Source: a virus
DNA: 64,000 nucleotides
Virus record (IMG/VR): IMGVR_UViG_3300014202_001529
Reading direction: 5' to 3' (one strand)
This document shows, piece after piece, positions 45,867 to 55,231 of the stretch. Each line of letters starts with the position of its first letter. The first letter of the stretch is position 1. The notes below the pieces were generated by a model. The model had not been told where the DNA came from, made no database searches, and was given only the letters and a program-made list of their open reading frames with translations. The translations under genes were made by a program, and so were the position numbers.

Positions 45867-45964
45867 TCCTTAGTAACTTATCAAAAAACCGCTGTTTTTT
45901 CTGCGCAATTCCTTCGCTTTTCCTTAGATTTTCCATTATGGAAAAACAGCGGAATTACTAAGGA
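45867..45964. repeat. Nested inverted repeats
   Basis: TCCTTAGTAA/TTACTAAGGA, CCGCTGTTTTT/AAAAACAGCGG, and inner TTTTCCA-TTA-TGGAAAA. Confidence 0.7.
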
Positions 45965-46086
45965 AAATAAAAGGAAACCCAAAGGTTTTTTTCGTGCCAT
46001 TCGCCGGAATCGAACCGGATTGCGTAGCCGCTTTTCCTACGCCGAAAGCAAAACAGGGGATAGGCAACAATGCCCATCCCCGTCAA

Positions 46087-46686
46087 TTATGAAGAAATTG
46101 TAATCTTCGCCAACGTGAGCTGGATTTCCTTTTCCAGCGTTTTGTCAAGCATCACTACCGTGTCATCGCGGCGAATCTCCGCGACTTTCTCCTTGCCGCG
46201 ATACACGTATGCTATTCGCATTGTCTCTGCGTATGCGCCATTCCGGATGGCTCTGTACAGTGCCAGAAAAGTAGCTGCGTCCGTGGATTGTTCGGGCACG
46301 CAGACTGTTTCCAGGGGATTAAGTCCCAAACGGGCGCGTTGTGCGGCAATCTGCGGCAAAAAAGCCACAGAAACTTTAAGCGATAGGGTAGGCGCGTAGG
46401 CCACAACGGGCTTTATGGCCTGCTCAAACTGCTCTTTCGTTACCTTTCCCTTTCCGGGAAGCCAAAAGCCCAGCACAGTGCCTGCATTGCGGTCTTCCAG
46501 CTTTGCCCAGTCGTACCTGTCTTTGCAGGTCGTTTCCAGTATTTTTTCCAGGCCTTCTACGGCTTTCAACGGCCCCAGGCCGTCGTTGCTGTTATACGTA
46601 AAGTCGTCCCGCGTAAACCGGTAGGGTTGTGCGAACTTGACGTACAAGTAGTATCTGCTGTGTTTTCCTGTCTTCGATTTTGCCAT
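46087..46686 (-). CDS. Hypothetical protein
   Basis: Start MAKSK lies downstream of the operator/promoter. Confidence 0.65.
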   Translation of the reverse strand: MAKSKTGKHSRYYLYVKFAQPYRFTRDDFTYNSNDGLGPLKAVEGLEKILETTCKDRYDWAKLEDRNAGTVLGFWLPGKGKVTKEQFEQAIKPVVAYAPTLSLKVSVAFLPQIAAQRARLGLNPLETVCVPEQSTDAATFLALYRAIRNGAYAETMRIAYVYRGKEKVAEIRRDDTVVMLDKTLEKEIQLTLAKITISS

Positions 46687-46720
46687 TGCGTTAGAAACTT
46701 GGCACAAGTATAAACATAAA

Positions 46721-46735
46721 TTGCGTAAATCGCAA
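46721..46735. promoter_or_regulatory. Operator palindrome TTGCGTAAATCGCAA
   Basis: 8 bp from a minus-strand TATACTTG box (46705-46712). Confidence 0.78.
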
Positions 46736-46829
46736 TTTTTAAATCCTTGTTTTTTCCTTAGTTTTTCCTTTTTCTTTAAAAAGCGCTGATAAATAGACAA
46801 TTAGGTGGATTTACATAAATTTACACAAG

Positions 46830-46860
46830 TTGCGTTTTTCGCAATTATCTGTTATCTTTG
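46830..46860 (+). promoter_or_regulatory. Operator TTGCGTTTTTCGCAA plus TATCTTTG promoter box
   Basis: 8-bp spacer; divergent partner of the 46721 site. Confidence 0.8.
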
Positions 46861-46884
46861 CAGAGAACCAAAACGCAAAGCATC

Positions 46885-47139
46885 ATGGCTGAAAAGCGCA
46901 ACATCTTCACCGTCTTAGAAAAGGATCAGTTCAGCCTGACCATTGTGGACCAGGCGAAATTTGACGCGGAGTTCCAGAAGTGGAAAAAGATCGCGGTCCA
47001 GAAAAACCCAACCAAGCAGCAGTTTTTGAAAATGCTTGCCCTGAAGCATCACAAAGGGGAGGGGATTGCAGAAGCGGGTGTGAGGGCTTACACGCTTGAT
47101 TTTAAGCGGACGGTGAGCTTTTCGGTAAAAGTGATGTAG
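46885..47139 (+). CDS. Small hypothetical protein
   Basis: 84 aa directly after the promoter. Confidence 0.65.
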   Translation: MAEKRNIFTVLEKDQFSLTIVDQAKFDAEFQKWKKIAVQKNPTKQQFLKMLALKHHKGEGIAEAGVRAYTLDFKRTVSFSVKVM

Positions 47140-47174
47140 GAATAGATTTGTTAAAGTTTTATTAAAATACCATG

Positions 47175-47210
47175 TTTTGTATTTACATTTTCAAAGTAAT
47201 AGTATATTTG
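47175..47210 (+). promoter_or_regulatory. Promoter with TTTTGTATTTACATTTTCAAAG upstream motif and TATATTTG
   Basis: Near-identical motif at 48612. Confidence 0.6.
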
Positions 47211-47252
47211 CAATGCCAAGGCAATGAAGCGGAGGCGAAAAAATAAAAAGTA

Positions 47253-47597
47253 ATGCCGACTATTAAAGTTATCAACTACAAAGAAAAAAACGATCAATGG
47301 TTTGCGGGTCAAGAGCTTTCAAGCTACTTAGTTAGTACCAATGGCTGCGATCCAACGCGAGGCGATATTTATCGCTTTGCAAAAATGGGAAATCAGTTAG
47401 GAATTTTGACCACCGAATACGGAGGCCAATACGCCACAAACGAAAACGACGACCAGAAGGAGTTCGGGTTCTGGCCGGCAAATGAAGTTGAGTTCACATC
47501 CGATGATAAAGATGATGAAACAGATTTTCTCATTTTGTTGGACAACGCGCTTTTAAGCGGCGAAAGCTGGCGCGTTTGGGGCAAAGTCAAAGTTTAG
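47253..47597 (+). CDS. Hypothetical protein
   Basis: 114-aa ORF. Confidence 0.65.
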   Translation: MPTIKVINYKEKNDQWFAGQELSSYLVSTNGCDPTRGDIYRFAKMGNQLGILTTEYGGQYATNENDDQKEFGFWPANEVEFTSDDKDDETDFLILLDNALLSGESWRVWGKVKV

Positions 47598-47638
47598 GCT
47601 CCACTGGAATTTTTAAACCATCCAAAAATTTCAATATC

Positions 47639-47812
47639 ATGTCAACTCAAGAAAAAATCGCACACAACATTGCAACTGCTGCTGCAAACAAAGTTTATAA
47701 TAAAGCCTACCGCGATGCTCGCAATAGCGGCGAGGAAGATTATAATGCAAATCAAATTGCGCTTAAGGAGAAAGAAGCGGAATACGATCGTGTTTATAAC
47801 GAGCAGTTTTAA
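47639..47812 (+). CDS. Small hypothetical protein
   Basis: 57 aa from MSTQEK. Confidence 0.55.
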   Translation: MSTQEKIAHNIATAAANKVYNKAYRDARNSGEEDYNANQIALKEKEAEYDRVYNEQF

Positions 47813-47840
47813 TTTTCTTTCATTCTAAAATTTCAACATC

Positions 47841-48055
47841 ATGTCAACAACACATCTCATGCAGATTGGAAAAAAGCTGTTTTCCCATCTGGCATAACTG
47901 CTGGTTAGTTCATACCAAATGCAGGCGAGCCAAAAGAAGTTTGGTTGAAAGATGGGAAATATTACCTCATGCGTTTTGACCACTTTAACGGACACCTTAG
48001 TAACTTCAAAGAAGGTGTTCACAATGTTGTGTTTACGGAACTTACAGAAGTATAG
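47841..48055 (+). pseudogene. Probable disrupted small gene (frameshift plus in-frame TAG at 47906)
   Basis: The ATG frame closes after 18 aa; another frame reads SHADWKKAVFPSGITAG*FIPNAGEPKEVWLKDGKYYLMRFDHFNGHLS. Confidence 0.35.
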
Positions 48056-48078
48056 TTGATCATTCAAATCAAAAAATA

Positions 48079-48272
48079 ATGACTATTCAAATTCAAAAAC
48101 CCGGAACGAAGCGGGGCAAGATTTTGCAATCGAAGCAGCGGGGCTTTCCCGGCAATGGGAGGCTTTTAAGAAGAAAAAGCGGCAAGGATTGTTTCGCAGC
48201 GGGGACGAAACCACGGAAAGCAACATTATCGTGAACTGCGCCACTGATTTTATTGTGGCATGGTACTCATAA
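48079..48272 (+). pseudogene. Probable frameshifted small gene
   Basis: A protein-like frame NEAGQDFAIEAAGLSRQWEAFKKKK...CATDFIVAWYS lies -1 from the ATG frame. Confidence 0.3.
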
Positions 48273-48305
48273 ATTCATTTTTTTAAAAACAAAACAGCAT
48301 CAATC

Positions 48306-48596
48306 ATGAATGTGATCCAGAAAAACGACAAGTTCTATGTCGAAACCAATTACACAACAGGCAATAAAGCACACTTTGCAAGAATTAGCGGCTTAGATCC
48401 CAAGTGGGGGCTTAAAAGAGAATTTTTGAATTCGACCCGAAAAGGACTCAAACTTGATGAAGTAAAAGAAGGGGAGTTCTTTGAGGAAAGTATTTCATCA
48501 CATTCCGGAAAAAACACAGATAGGTATTATTATGTTTTTAAGGCCGGAGCCTTTGAAAGAATAACTGAAAAAGACCTAAAGCTTTCATTTTTGTAG
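48306..48596 (+). CDS. Hypothetical protein
   Basis: 96-aa ORF. Confidence 0.65.
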   Translation: MNVIQKNDKFYVETNYTTGNKAHFARISGLDPKWGLKREFLNSTRKGLKLDEVKEGEFFEESISSHSGKNTDRYYYVFKAGAFERITEKDLKLSFL

Positions 48597-48611
48597 CTAC
48601 ACCGTAAGTAT

Positions 48612-48649
48612 TTTTGTATTTACTTTTTCAAAAGAGCAGCATATATTTG
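48612..48649 (+). promoter_or_regulatory. Promoter with TTTTGTATTTACTTTTTCAAAAG motif and TATATTTG
   Basis: Twin of the 47175 site. Confidence 0.6.
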
Positions 48650-48682
48650 TGCATGCTCTTTTGAAAAATCAAAGACACCATC

Positions 48683-48961
48683 ATGAGTACACCAAAAAAA
48701 GGCGGTAGCCGCCCAGGATCAGGCCGCAAAAAACTTTCGCCCAAAGTAGTCAGCCTCAAGCTCACGCCTGATGAAATTGCGGTGCTGCAAGCGAGCGGTA
48801 ACCAAAGCAAACTGGTCCGGTACCTGATCCGCGTATACGCTGGGCTATGCCTGCATCCAATAGGGGAGATGGATATGGGCACCGGTGCTTTGAAGTGCCG
48901 CGATTGCGGTGCTGATGTGTTTGAAAATTTTAGTGAGTTCATGATCAAAAACCCGGAGTGA
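48683..48961 (+). CDS. Small DNA-binding protein candidate (GGxRxGxGRK motif, RHH-like core, CxH..CxxC)
   Basis: KKGGSRPGSGRKK...SLKLTPDE; CLH...CRDCG. Confidence 0.55.
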   Translation: MSTPKKGGSRPGSGRKKLSPKVVSLKLTPDEIAVLQASGNQSKLVRYLIRVYAGLCLHPIGEMDMGTGALKCRDCGADVFENFSEFMIKNPE

Positions 48962-49161
48962 TGCTTGTATTTCTACAAAACATTGGTAGATACTACAAAA
49001 AGCTTTGGGTAATCAATGTTGTGCCTTTCATCATCGTTATTTTGTTCAAAATTTTCGTTGTTGAGGACTACATTCAAATAGAACTGTACCTGTATGGAAT
49101 AGCAGTGCTAAGAACCCTCATAGTTCTACACAACGGAAAGCCGGTACGAATTCATTTTTAA
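48958..49161 (+). CDS. Small membrane protein
   Basis: Two hydrophobic stretches. Confidence 0.45.
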   Translation: MMLVFLQNIGRYYKKLWVINVVPFIIVILFKIFVVEDYIQIELYLYGIAVLRTLIVLHNGKPVRIHF

Positions 49162-49180
49162 ACCTGCACAACCCAAAAAA

Positions 49181-49693
49181 ATGGCAGCATTCGACGAAGA
49201 AACAGCAAAAACGATCATCGCCAAATTCAACCTCGACAAAAAAACCCTGAAGGTTTGGAGAACGCGAAAAAAAATTCCCGACCGGTATTTTGATCCGGAA
49301 TACGACCATTCGGAAGGGCTGAAAGACCACGATACAGAATACCAGAAATTTATAGAAATTTTGGGATTCAAAGAAATCGCGTCCACTAAATTCCGCTCCC
49401 TGGGGCAAAAAGGAGCGGACATCCAGCGAAAAAAAGACCGGATGACCGAACAGGAGCGGATCGGGTTCAAAACCGAAGTTACAGAGCTACGGAATAAACT
49501 GCGGGCGTTTATGGATGCTCCAGGAGAGCGCACGATAAAGCCGATCTTGACAGAGGGTAGGTTTCATCCTACCATTCTGTTCTCAAAGCAAATACAGAAT
49601 AAGGTAAATCAGGGCAGGACTTTACTGACTACTGCCGAAAAGCAGGAGTTGAAGGTGCAGGCTATGAGTTTGTATAACAGACTGAAAATATAG
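49181..49693 (+). CDS. Basic hypothetical protein (possible HTH at N-terminus)
   Basis: AKFNLDKKTLKVWRTRKKIP. Confidence 0.6.
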   Translation: MAAFDEETAKTIIAKFNLDKKTLKVWRTRKKIPDRYFDPEYDHSEGLKDHDTEYQKFIEILGFKEIASTKFRSLGQKGADIQRKKDRMTEQERIGFKTEVTELRNKLRAFMDAPGERTIKPILTEGRFHPTILFSKQIQNKVNQGRTLLTTAEKQELKVQAMSLYNRLKI

Positions 49694-49707
49694 ACAACAC
49701 TGGCGCC

Positions 49708-49755
49708 CAAAGCAAAAAGCCCTGAAACTTGACAGTGACAGGGCTTTTTGCTTTG
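49708..49755. terminator. Bidirectional intrinsic terminator
   Basis: CAAAGCAAAAAGCCCTG...CAGGGCTTTTTGCTTTG between convergent genes. Confidence 0.88.
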
Positions 49756-49773
49756 ACAAAAGGCGGTATCGGC

Positions 49774-50169
49774 TTACGCTTCTTCTTCTTCCTCCGTAGC
49801 CAGCAATTCATCTACATAGGTGGATAAATCGTTTCCGGCATTGACGACATCCACCGTTGCATCAAACGCTTCATCCAGAGCCGCATCAACCACAGGGTCG
49901 GCATTTGTGATGACGGCTTTCATATCTTCCCGGAATTGCGCTTTGACTTCCTCGGAAAGGTTGTTGTCAACGTTCGCGTAAGTTTTGGCAACGCCCAGGA
50001 TGCCATTTACCTGGTTTTCATCGGCCAATACTTCATCAAGTTTTCTGCCAGCAGCTTCTGCGCGGGCACCTGCATCAATTGCTGCCTTGAATTTGGCTTC
50101 CAACACTGCGTTGTTGAAAACAATTGATTCGAGGCCAATGTTTCTGATTTTTTCAGCGGTAGTGCTCAT
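49774..50169 (-). CDS. Acidic helical hypothetical protein
   Basis: 131 aa, A/D/E-rich; own operator-linked promoter. Confidence 0.7.
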   Translation of the reverse strand: MSTTAEKIRNIGLESIVFNNAVLEAKFKAAIDAGARAEAAGRKLDEVLADENQVNGILGVAKTYANVDNNLSEEVKAQFREDMKAVITNADPVVDAALDEAFDATVDVVNAGNDLSTYVDELLATEEEEEA

Positions 50170-50236
50170 GAATGAGTTAAATTTTGGTTGGTAAATAAAA
50201 GTTATAAATGAACGAGATGCGAATTTAAAACAAAAG

Positions 50237-50251
50237 TTGCGTAATACACAA
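50237..50251. promoter_or_regulatory. Operator palindrome, variant copy (TTGCGTAATACACAA)
   Basis: 9 bp from a minus-strand TAAATTCG box (50220-50227). Confidence 0.7.
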
Positions 50252-50265
50252 TTTATAAATCAAAA

Positions 50266-52308
50266 TCATGCTCGTAATGCAACTTTTTCCGGTAACCGGG
50301 TCAGCTCCGCCACAAGCGCTTCCGCCCAGGCTTTCACAAAAGCCGGAACAACCGAGTTCCCAATGAATTTTTTCTGATCGGCCTGGGTGCCTTTCAGAAC
50401 GTAAGAAGCCGGGAATCCTTGGATGATCTTCATTTCTTGCACCAGCAACATCCGCATTTTGATGTCGCTGATCTGGTATGCCGCCATGAAGATTTTTATC
50501 TTCCTCATGGCCGGTGAATCCTCCGGATACACTATGATGGCGATGCCTTGCTGATCACCTTCAGCAGTGTTAATGCTAATCAGGTAGGGTGGACGTTTGT
50601 CTGTTCTCGCGATAAGCGTGAACAATGGTTCATTTATACTGCCACCGGCGCAGGTATACTGCGGGTTCAGCACGTAATGGTACTTCCTGTTGGCCGTGAT
50701 GGTTGGCAGTGGCGCTTCAATAGAAGATCCAACATTGTCGAAATTCGTGCTCAGGATAAAAGGCTTGCACGTGACCAGGTTGGTTTTTGGCACGGTGAGC
50801 AATGCGCCCATTGGTCCGTCCACATCCACCAATTGCCCGCCGCCGCTGAAATCCCGGGCGATGAACACCAGGCCAAGTTTGTTTTGGGTAGTGATTGTTG
50901 GGCAACAATCGTCTAACTCCTGCATATTCAAGCCTTTGCCGTAGTATTTCATCAAAACCACGCCGATCCTGTCCTTAGTGGTCAGGGTACTGCATGGGCC
51001 ATTGATCTCCACAAGGTTCTCGCCGGTGCCGTGATACTTCAGCATGATCACTCCAGTCCGTTGCTGCACGGTTAGGGTAGGGCAGGGTTGATTAGGGCTT
51101 GAACCAGGGCTTACCTTCCCGTTTTCATTTGTGGAATTCCATTTGGTTATAAACACAGACGCATGACTATCCGTTGTCGTGAAAGCACCAGTTGGTCCAT
51201 AAATGCTTATACACTTACTTGCAGGGGCGCCGGAGTAGTATTTCATCAGGAAGGAATCATCGCCATCTGCGACAAACTTAACCAGCCCTGCATAAATCCT
51301 TTCGAGCGTTTTTTCAACGAGCGGTTTGTCCCGGTCAAAAATGCTTTGCCCTTCGTTACTCAAGTCTAAGCATTCCTTCACCGCTTTCCATGGGTGCAGC
51401 TTTGTTCCGAATAGCATTTGCTGGCCGTTGCCCGCTGCCTTTTGTGGGTTTTTCGCGTGCGTAGCTTCCGGCCAGATCATTGGAAGCCCTGGCTTGGCAA
51501 AAATGCCAAACAGACGCCGGCGGGACGTGTATGCACCATAATTGGCGGAGTCCTGGATGGTCCAGTCATCCGTATAGCCATAACTATTTATGTGCTGCCG
51601 CCACTTTAACCAGCTCCGGCCTTTCGTCAAGCTTTCCGGAATCCAGTGTGGCTCCAACCGGTTGGTTTTCTTGTTTATTACTAAGGGGCAATAATCATTT
51701 CCGCCCTTAGTAACTACTTTCGGAATCATTGGCCCCCAGGCCATAAACTCCCGTACGTTTTCGATTTGGACATAATCCGGATCAAGTACTTCAATATAGG
51801 GGTAAAGGTGTTCTGCTAATGTACGGCTATCTGCATCCCGACTTTTTCCCCCTTTAGCCTGGGAAAAGTTGGTACACTCAAGCGAAGCCCACAGTATCAC
51901 CTTCGCTTTTGGGTGCAGGGCCCGATAAATATCTACCAACCGCTTCAACCGGACCATTTCCGGGCTAAGGAAATGGATGCCGTGATAGCGGAATCCGTAC
52001 ATCCGCGTAATGTCCTCGTTAAAGTGGACAACATCCGGATGGTTTGCCCAATGCGATGCAATTGCCTTCGCATCGTGGTTGACGCAGGCTATTATTTTGC
52101 AGACCTTTCGGCCCAGCTGGTTCATGGCTTCGGCAAAGCCTTGCGTGACTCCACCGGCACCGCAAAAGAGGTCAATTATTAACAGTTGGGTATTGTCGTC
52201 CTGAATGTAGAGCGGAGATTGCTTCGGTCTTTTAAAGACCGTATTTTCAAGCCTTTGCGCCGTTTCTAAGGATAAGTATTCCATATCTGTGCTGTTTTGT
52301 AAGCTCAA
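50266..52308 (-). CDS. C5-cytosine DNA methyltransferase with expanded repetitive target-recognition region
   Basis: IDLFCGAGG, ASLECTNFS, IENVREF, GAYTSRRRLF, IGNSVVP; repeated PxxT(L/I)TxxxR/K units. Confidence 0.92.
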   Translation of the reverse strand: MSLQNSTDMEYLSLETAQRLENTVFKRPKQSPLYIQDDNTQLLIIDLFCGAGGVTQGFAEAMNQLGRKVCKIIACVNHDAKAIASHWANHPDVVHFNEDITRMYGFRYHGIHFLSPEMVRLKRLVDIYRALHPKAKVILWASLECTNFSQAKGGKSRDADSRTLAEHLYPYIEVLDPDYVQIENVREFMAWGPMIPKVVTKGGNDYCPLVINKKTNRLEPHWIPESLTKGRSWLKWRQHINSYGYTDDWTIQDSANYGAYTSRRRLFGIFAKPGLPMIWPEATHAKNPQKAAGNGQQMLFGTKLHPWKAVKECLDLSNEGQSIFDRDKPLVEKTLERIYAGLVKFVADGDDSFLMKYYSGAPASKCISIYGPTGAFTTTDSHASVFITKWNSTNENGKVSPGSSPNQPCPTLTVQQRTGVIMLKYHGTGENLVEINGPCSTLTTKDRIGVVLMKYYGKGLNMQELDDCCPTITTQNKLGLVFIARDFSGGGQLVDVDGPMGALLTVPKTNLVTCKPFILSTNFDNVGSSIEAPLPTITANRKYHYVLNPQYTCAGGSINEPLFTLIARTDKRPPYLISINTAEGDQQGIAIIVYPEDSPAMRKIKIFMAAYQISDIKMRMLLVQEMKIIQGFPASYVLKGTQADQKKFIGNSVVPAFVKAWAEALVAELTRLPEKVALRA

Positions 52309-52321
52309 AAATAAACATTAA

Positions 52322-52336
52322 TTGCGTTTTACGCAA
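52322..52336. promoter_or_regulatory. Operator palindrome TTGCGTTTTACGCAA
   Basis: 8 bp from a minus-strand TATTTTTG box (52306-52313). Confidence 0.8.
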
Positions 52337-52344
52337 TTTTTAGT

Positions 52345-53364
52345 CTAAAAAGAACCAGAAGATTCGCCGCTGAATGCGCCCTGGGGCCGTTCCCAGCTGT
52401 CCACAAAGATGGGGGAGGAGAAGTCCGACATGGCTTCGTGCTGCCAGCGTTTCAGGTTTGCATCGGTGAGAAAGGATGTGCCGCGTTGCGCCCGCGAAAA
52501 AATATCTTCTTTGGCATACAGTGTGTGCTGCAACTGCACCTCCATGCGGCCAATTTCCAGCAACTTTGTGGGCGCCAGTTCGGCAATGGCTGCCCAGTTG
52601 TTGGGGCTGGAGAAGATGCACAGTTGGCAGGAGCATCGAGACCAGCCTAATTCGTAGCAGGGATGGGGTTGGATTCTGTTTTTGGCGATAATGTCCCACA
52701 CCTGCCGCTCCGACCAGTTAATGATCGGACGCCATTGCAGCACCTGGCGGGATTGGCTCGTTGCTCGGTATGGCTCCAGCTCTTCGTATTTGGAGCGGGC
52801 TGCACTTTCTTCCCGGCGCTCGCCGGTGCAAACCACGAAGCGGCCAGTCTTATAATCCGGGTGATTAGTGATCACTCTACTAAGCACATCAATTTTTACC
52901 ACGGCGCTGCACCAGCGCGTGCGCAGGTCCGCAGTCACAGCTGGGAACTTCATGCGCGTGCTGTTTCCGGCACGACTTTCTAAGCGGGTGTGCTTTTTGC
53001 CTGCGGTTTCCTGGTACAGGACATCCTGCAAGCCCTCGTTTTTCCGGAACATTTCCCTCCGGATGCCACCATCGCGGTAAGAAAACAGGATCGGTATGTC
53101 GAGCGCATCCGCAAAAGCCTGGCAATAGGAGGGTGTGCATGGCCAGTCGAACAGGTTTTGCCCATCACCATCCACATCGTGGTGATGCAGGGTGATTCTT
53201 TCCTTAGTAACTCCCAGGGAAAGCAGGTGCAAAACCATTGCAACGCTGTCTTTTCCCCCGGAAAAAGCGACCAAAAACCGCGTTTCAGTGTTGTCAATCT
53301 CCTTAGTAATCCCTGCAGGGATTGCGGATGTTGTCCACGGAGCAACCACAGGTAGGTGCAGCAT
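52345..53364 (-). CDS. PAPS-reductase-family (PP-loop) protein
   Basis: VAFSGGKDS, RWCSAVVK, GERREES.AR, GWSRCSCQLC. Confidence 0.85.
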   Translation of the reverse strand: MLHLPVVAPWTTSAIPAGITKEIDNTETRFLVAFSGGKDSVAMVLHLLSLGVTKERITLHHHDVDGDGQNLFDWPCTPSYCQAFADALDIPILFSYRDGGIRREMFRKNEGLQDVLYQETAGKKHTRLESRAGNSTRMKFPAVTADLRTRWCSAVVKIDVLSRVITNHPDYKTGRFVVCTGERREESAARSKYEELEPYRATSQSRQVLQWRPIINWSERQVWDIIAKNRIQPHPCYELGWSRCSCQLCIFSSPNNWAAIAELAPTKLLEIGRMEVQLQHTLYAKEDIFSRAQRGTSFLTDANLKRWQHEAMSDFSSPIFVDSWERPQGAFSGESSGSF

Positions 53365-53366
53365 GG

Positions 53367-55007
53367 CTATAGGCTTTTACGATACCGAAGAAAATCGTTC
53401 CAGGTCGTGTCTTCTTCCTCAAAAGTTGCCTTTTGGATGGCATGGAAGATGCCGGTGCATTTGTCGGCGAAGTCTTTCCTGACCTTAGTTGTGGTTGCAT
53501 CCGAAACGCCAATTTTCTGGAGTTTTCGGTTCAGTTTGCCCAAGGCTTCCTGGAAGATGGCCGTGGCCTGGAAGTAGCCCGATTTTTTCAGCGTGAACAT
53601 CACGTCGCGAAAAAGATCCTCCGCGTATGCTTCCGATTGCTGCCAGCGGAAAAGATGGGTATTCTTGTCGGCGCGTAGTTTTCTCCGTTTGTCTTCTGCC
53701 GGCAGCCACTTATCCACCACATCGCGCAGGCCGTTTTTCATACCGTCATCCAGCCGCAGGTAGGTGAGTGGCTCATAGATGTTAAATTGTTTCTTCGCCA
53801 TCCAAAGATGCGCGATATAGATAGCCCGGCTGACCCTGATGGCCGCTTGCTGGATGTGCTCATCGTTGGTTTTTGCGCCAACGACCTCAATGCGGCGCAG
53901 GTGCAGCTCCAGCATCCCGCGCACTTGCCCGGCAATGCTGTCAAGGTAGTCCGCAGGCAGGTGGCCATACAGCATTTCGACCAGTTGGTGGTACAAAATA
54001 AGCGTCCAGTAGCCCATCGTGGTCCCGTCCGCAGTCAGGTGCGCGGAGATGCGCTCGCTGCGCCGCATTTCCTGCTGGTAGCGCTGCAAACTAAAGGTTT
54101 GGCGGTCTTTCACTGGCACAACTACGCCGGATTTCGGCGATTTTTTCGCGATTCCGGCGATTTTTTCGCCCGCTGCCGGCGCGCCGCCGCCAAAATCGTT
54201 CTTGGTTGCGTCGTTTCGGTTTTTTTCATCGGAGGCGATAGCCTCCGTTAATCTTTCATGTGGCGAAGCCACTCGTTCTTCACCCTGTTTTTCAGGGTTA
54301 TTCTTTTCTATTTTTTTAGTTTCTTTTTTCTCTGTACATACTTGCTGTAATTTTGAAATTTGGAGGGTTTGTAACCGCGATTTTCCGTTCTGCTCCAGCA
54401 CTCCGGCCAGGAGCAGTTTTTGCTTGAAAACCTTGCGGCTAATCCACAGGGTGAAGTCGCCTCTTCCGTTGTCTGCCATCTCCACAATGATGGTTCTGTG
54501 CCCATCTTCCTCGATGACTTCCCGGCGCTGGCGTGAGGTGTTCGCCTTAGAGATGATAATGTCGGCTTCTTGCAGCTGGTTTAGGTGCCGCCAAAGGGTT
54601 GCCAGTCCGTTTTTCTTGCCCAAGAGCCTCCTTAGTTCGCCGCGATTAGTAGTGACTGGTATTGAGTCTGCATCGCCGTAGTACATCAGGTACTTTTGTC
54701 GAGCTGCCAGGTCGCCGCCAACGGCTGCCCGGCGTGTCTCCTCTGCCTGCGTCATGGCCAACCAGATGAGTTTTTGCCCCAGGGCTGTTTGTGGCGCCCT
54801 TAGTTTTCCGGCAACGTATTCGCGAGTGCGACCCAAGCTGTCTGTTATGGTTGTGGATGCAGGTAGGCTTTCGTTGTATCGCTGGATCAATTCTTCCAGC
54901 AAAACGTGCTGTGAGTGGCCTATATCTATGGTCTCCCAGCATGAAAGATTCAAAAAATCTTGTGAATTATCTTGCTTAGTAGCAAGAGATTGGTTAAATT
55001 TGCCCAT
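53367..55007 (-). CDS. Putative replication initiator (wHTH) protein
   Basis: TNRGELRRLLG...LATLWRHLNQLQEADII wHTH-like segment and low-complexity linker; follows the excisionase. Family assignment uncertain. Confidence 0.45.
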   Translation of the reverse strand: MGKFNQSLATKQDNSQDFLNLSCWETIDIGHSQHVLLEELIQRYNESLPASTTITDSLGRTREYVAGKLRAPQTALGQKLIWLAMTQAEETRRAAVGGDLAARQKYLMYYGDADSIPVTTNRGELRRLLGKKNGLATLWRHLNQLQEADIIISKANTSRQRREVIEEDGHRTIIVEMADNGRGDFTLWISRKVFKQKLLLAGVLEQNGKSRLQTLQISKLQQVCTEKKETKKIEKNNPEKQGEERVASPHERLTEAIASDEKNRNDATKNDFGGGAPAAGEKIAGIAKKSPKSGVVVPVKDRQTFSLQRYQQEMRRSERISAHLTADGTTMGYWTLILYHQLVEMLYGHLPADYLDSIAGQVRGMLELHLRRIEVVGAKTNDEHIQQAAIRVSRAIYIAHLWMAKKQFNIYEPLTYLRLDDGMKNGLRDVVDKWLPAEDKRRKLRADKNTHLFRWQQSEAYAEDLFRDVMFTLKKSGYFQATAIFQEALGKLNRKLQKIGVSDATTTKVRKDFADKCTGIFHAIQKATFEEEDTTWNDFLRYRKSL

Positions 55008-55072
55008 TCTTAGTAGCGTTAAAGTCAAGAATCAGAATAGAGCATTCCGGCCAGGGTGCTCTGTTTTTTTTT
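54971..55072 (+). ncRNA. Candidate ~60-nt antisense RNA to the replication-gene translation start
   Basis: Plus-strand TTG-N20-TAAATTTG promoter (54972-55002); AGAGCA/TGCTCT hairpin with a T9 run (55039-55072). Confidence 0.45.
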
Positions 55073-55231
55073 GACACCATCGGGAGGGGAATCCTTCTTA
55101 GTAAGAATTCATCCCCAGCCCGGTTCTTGGTGTGCGTCGAAACATCCAGGGGTTTCGCTCCCCACACCGGAAGGAAATCCGGTGGCATTCTGTTATGTGG
55201 ATGCCTATAACTCATGCAAATATACTTTAAA

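Noticed and set aside
45994-46065. Functional tRNA gene
   Set aside because: The acceptor stem has two mismatches, there is no D-arm, the middle loop is 9 nt and there is no CCA; kept only as a remnant.
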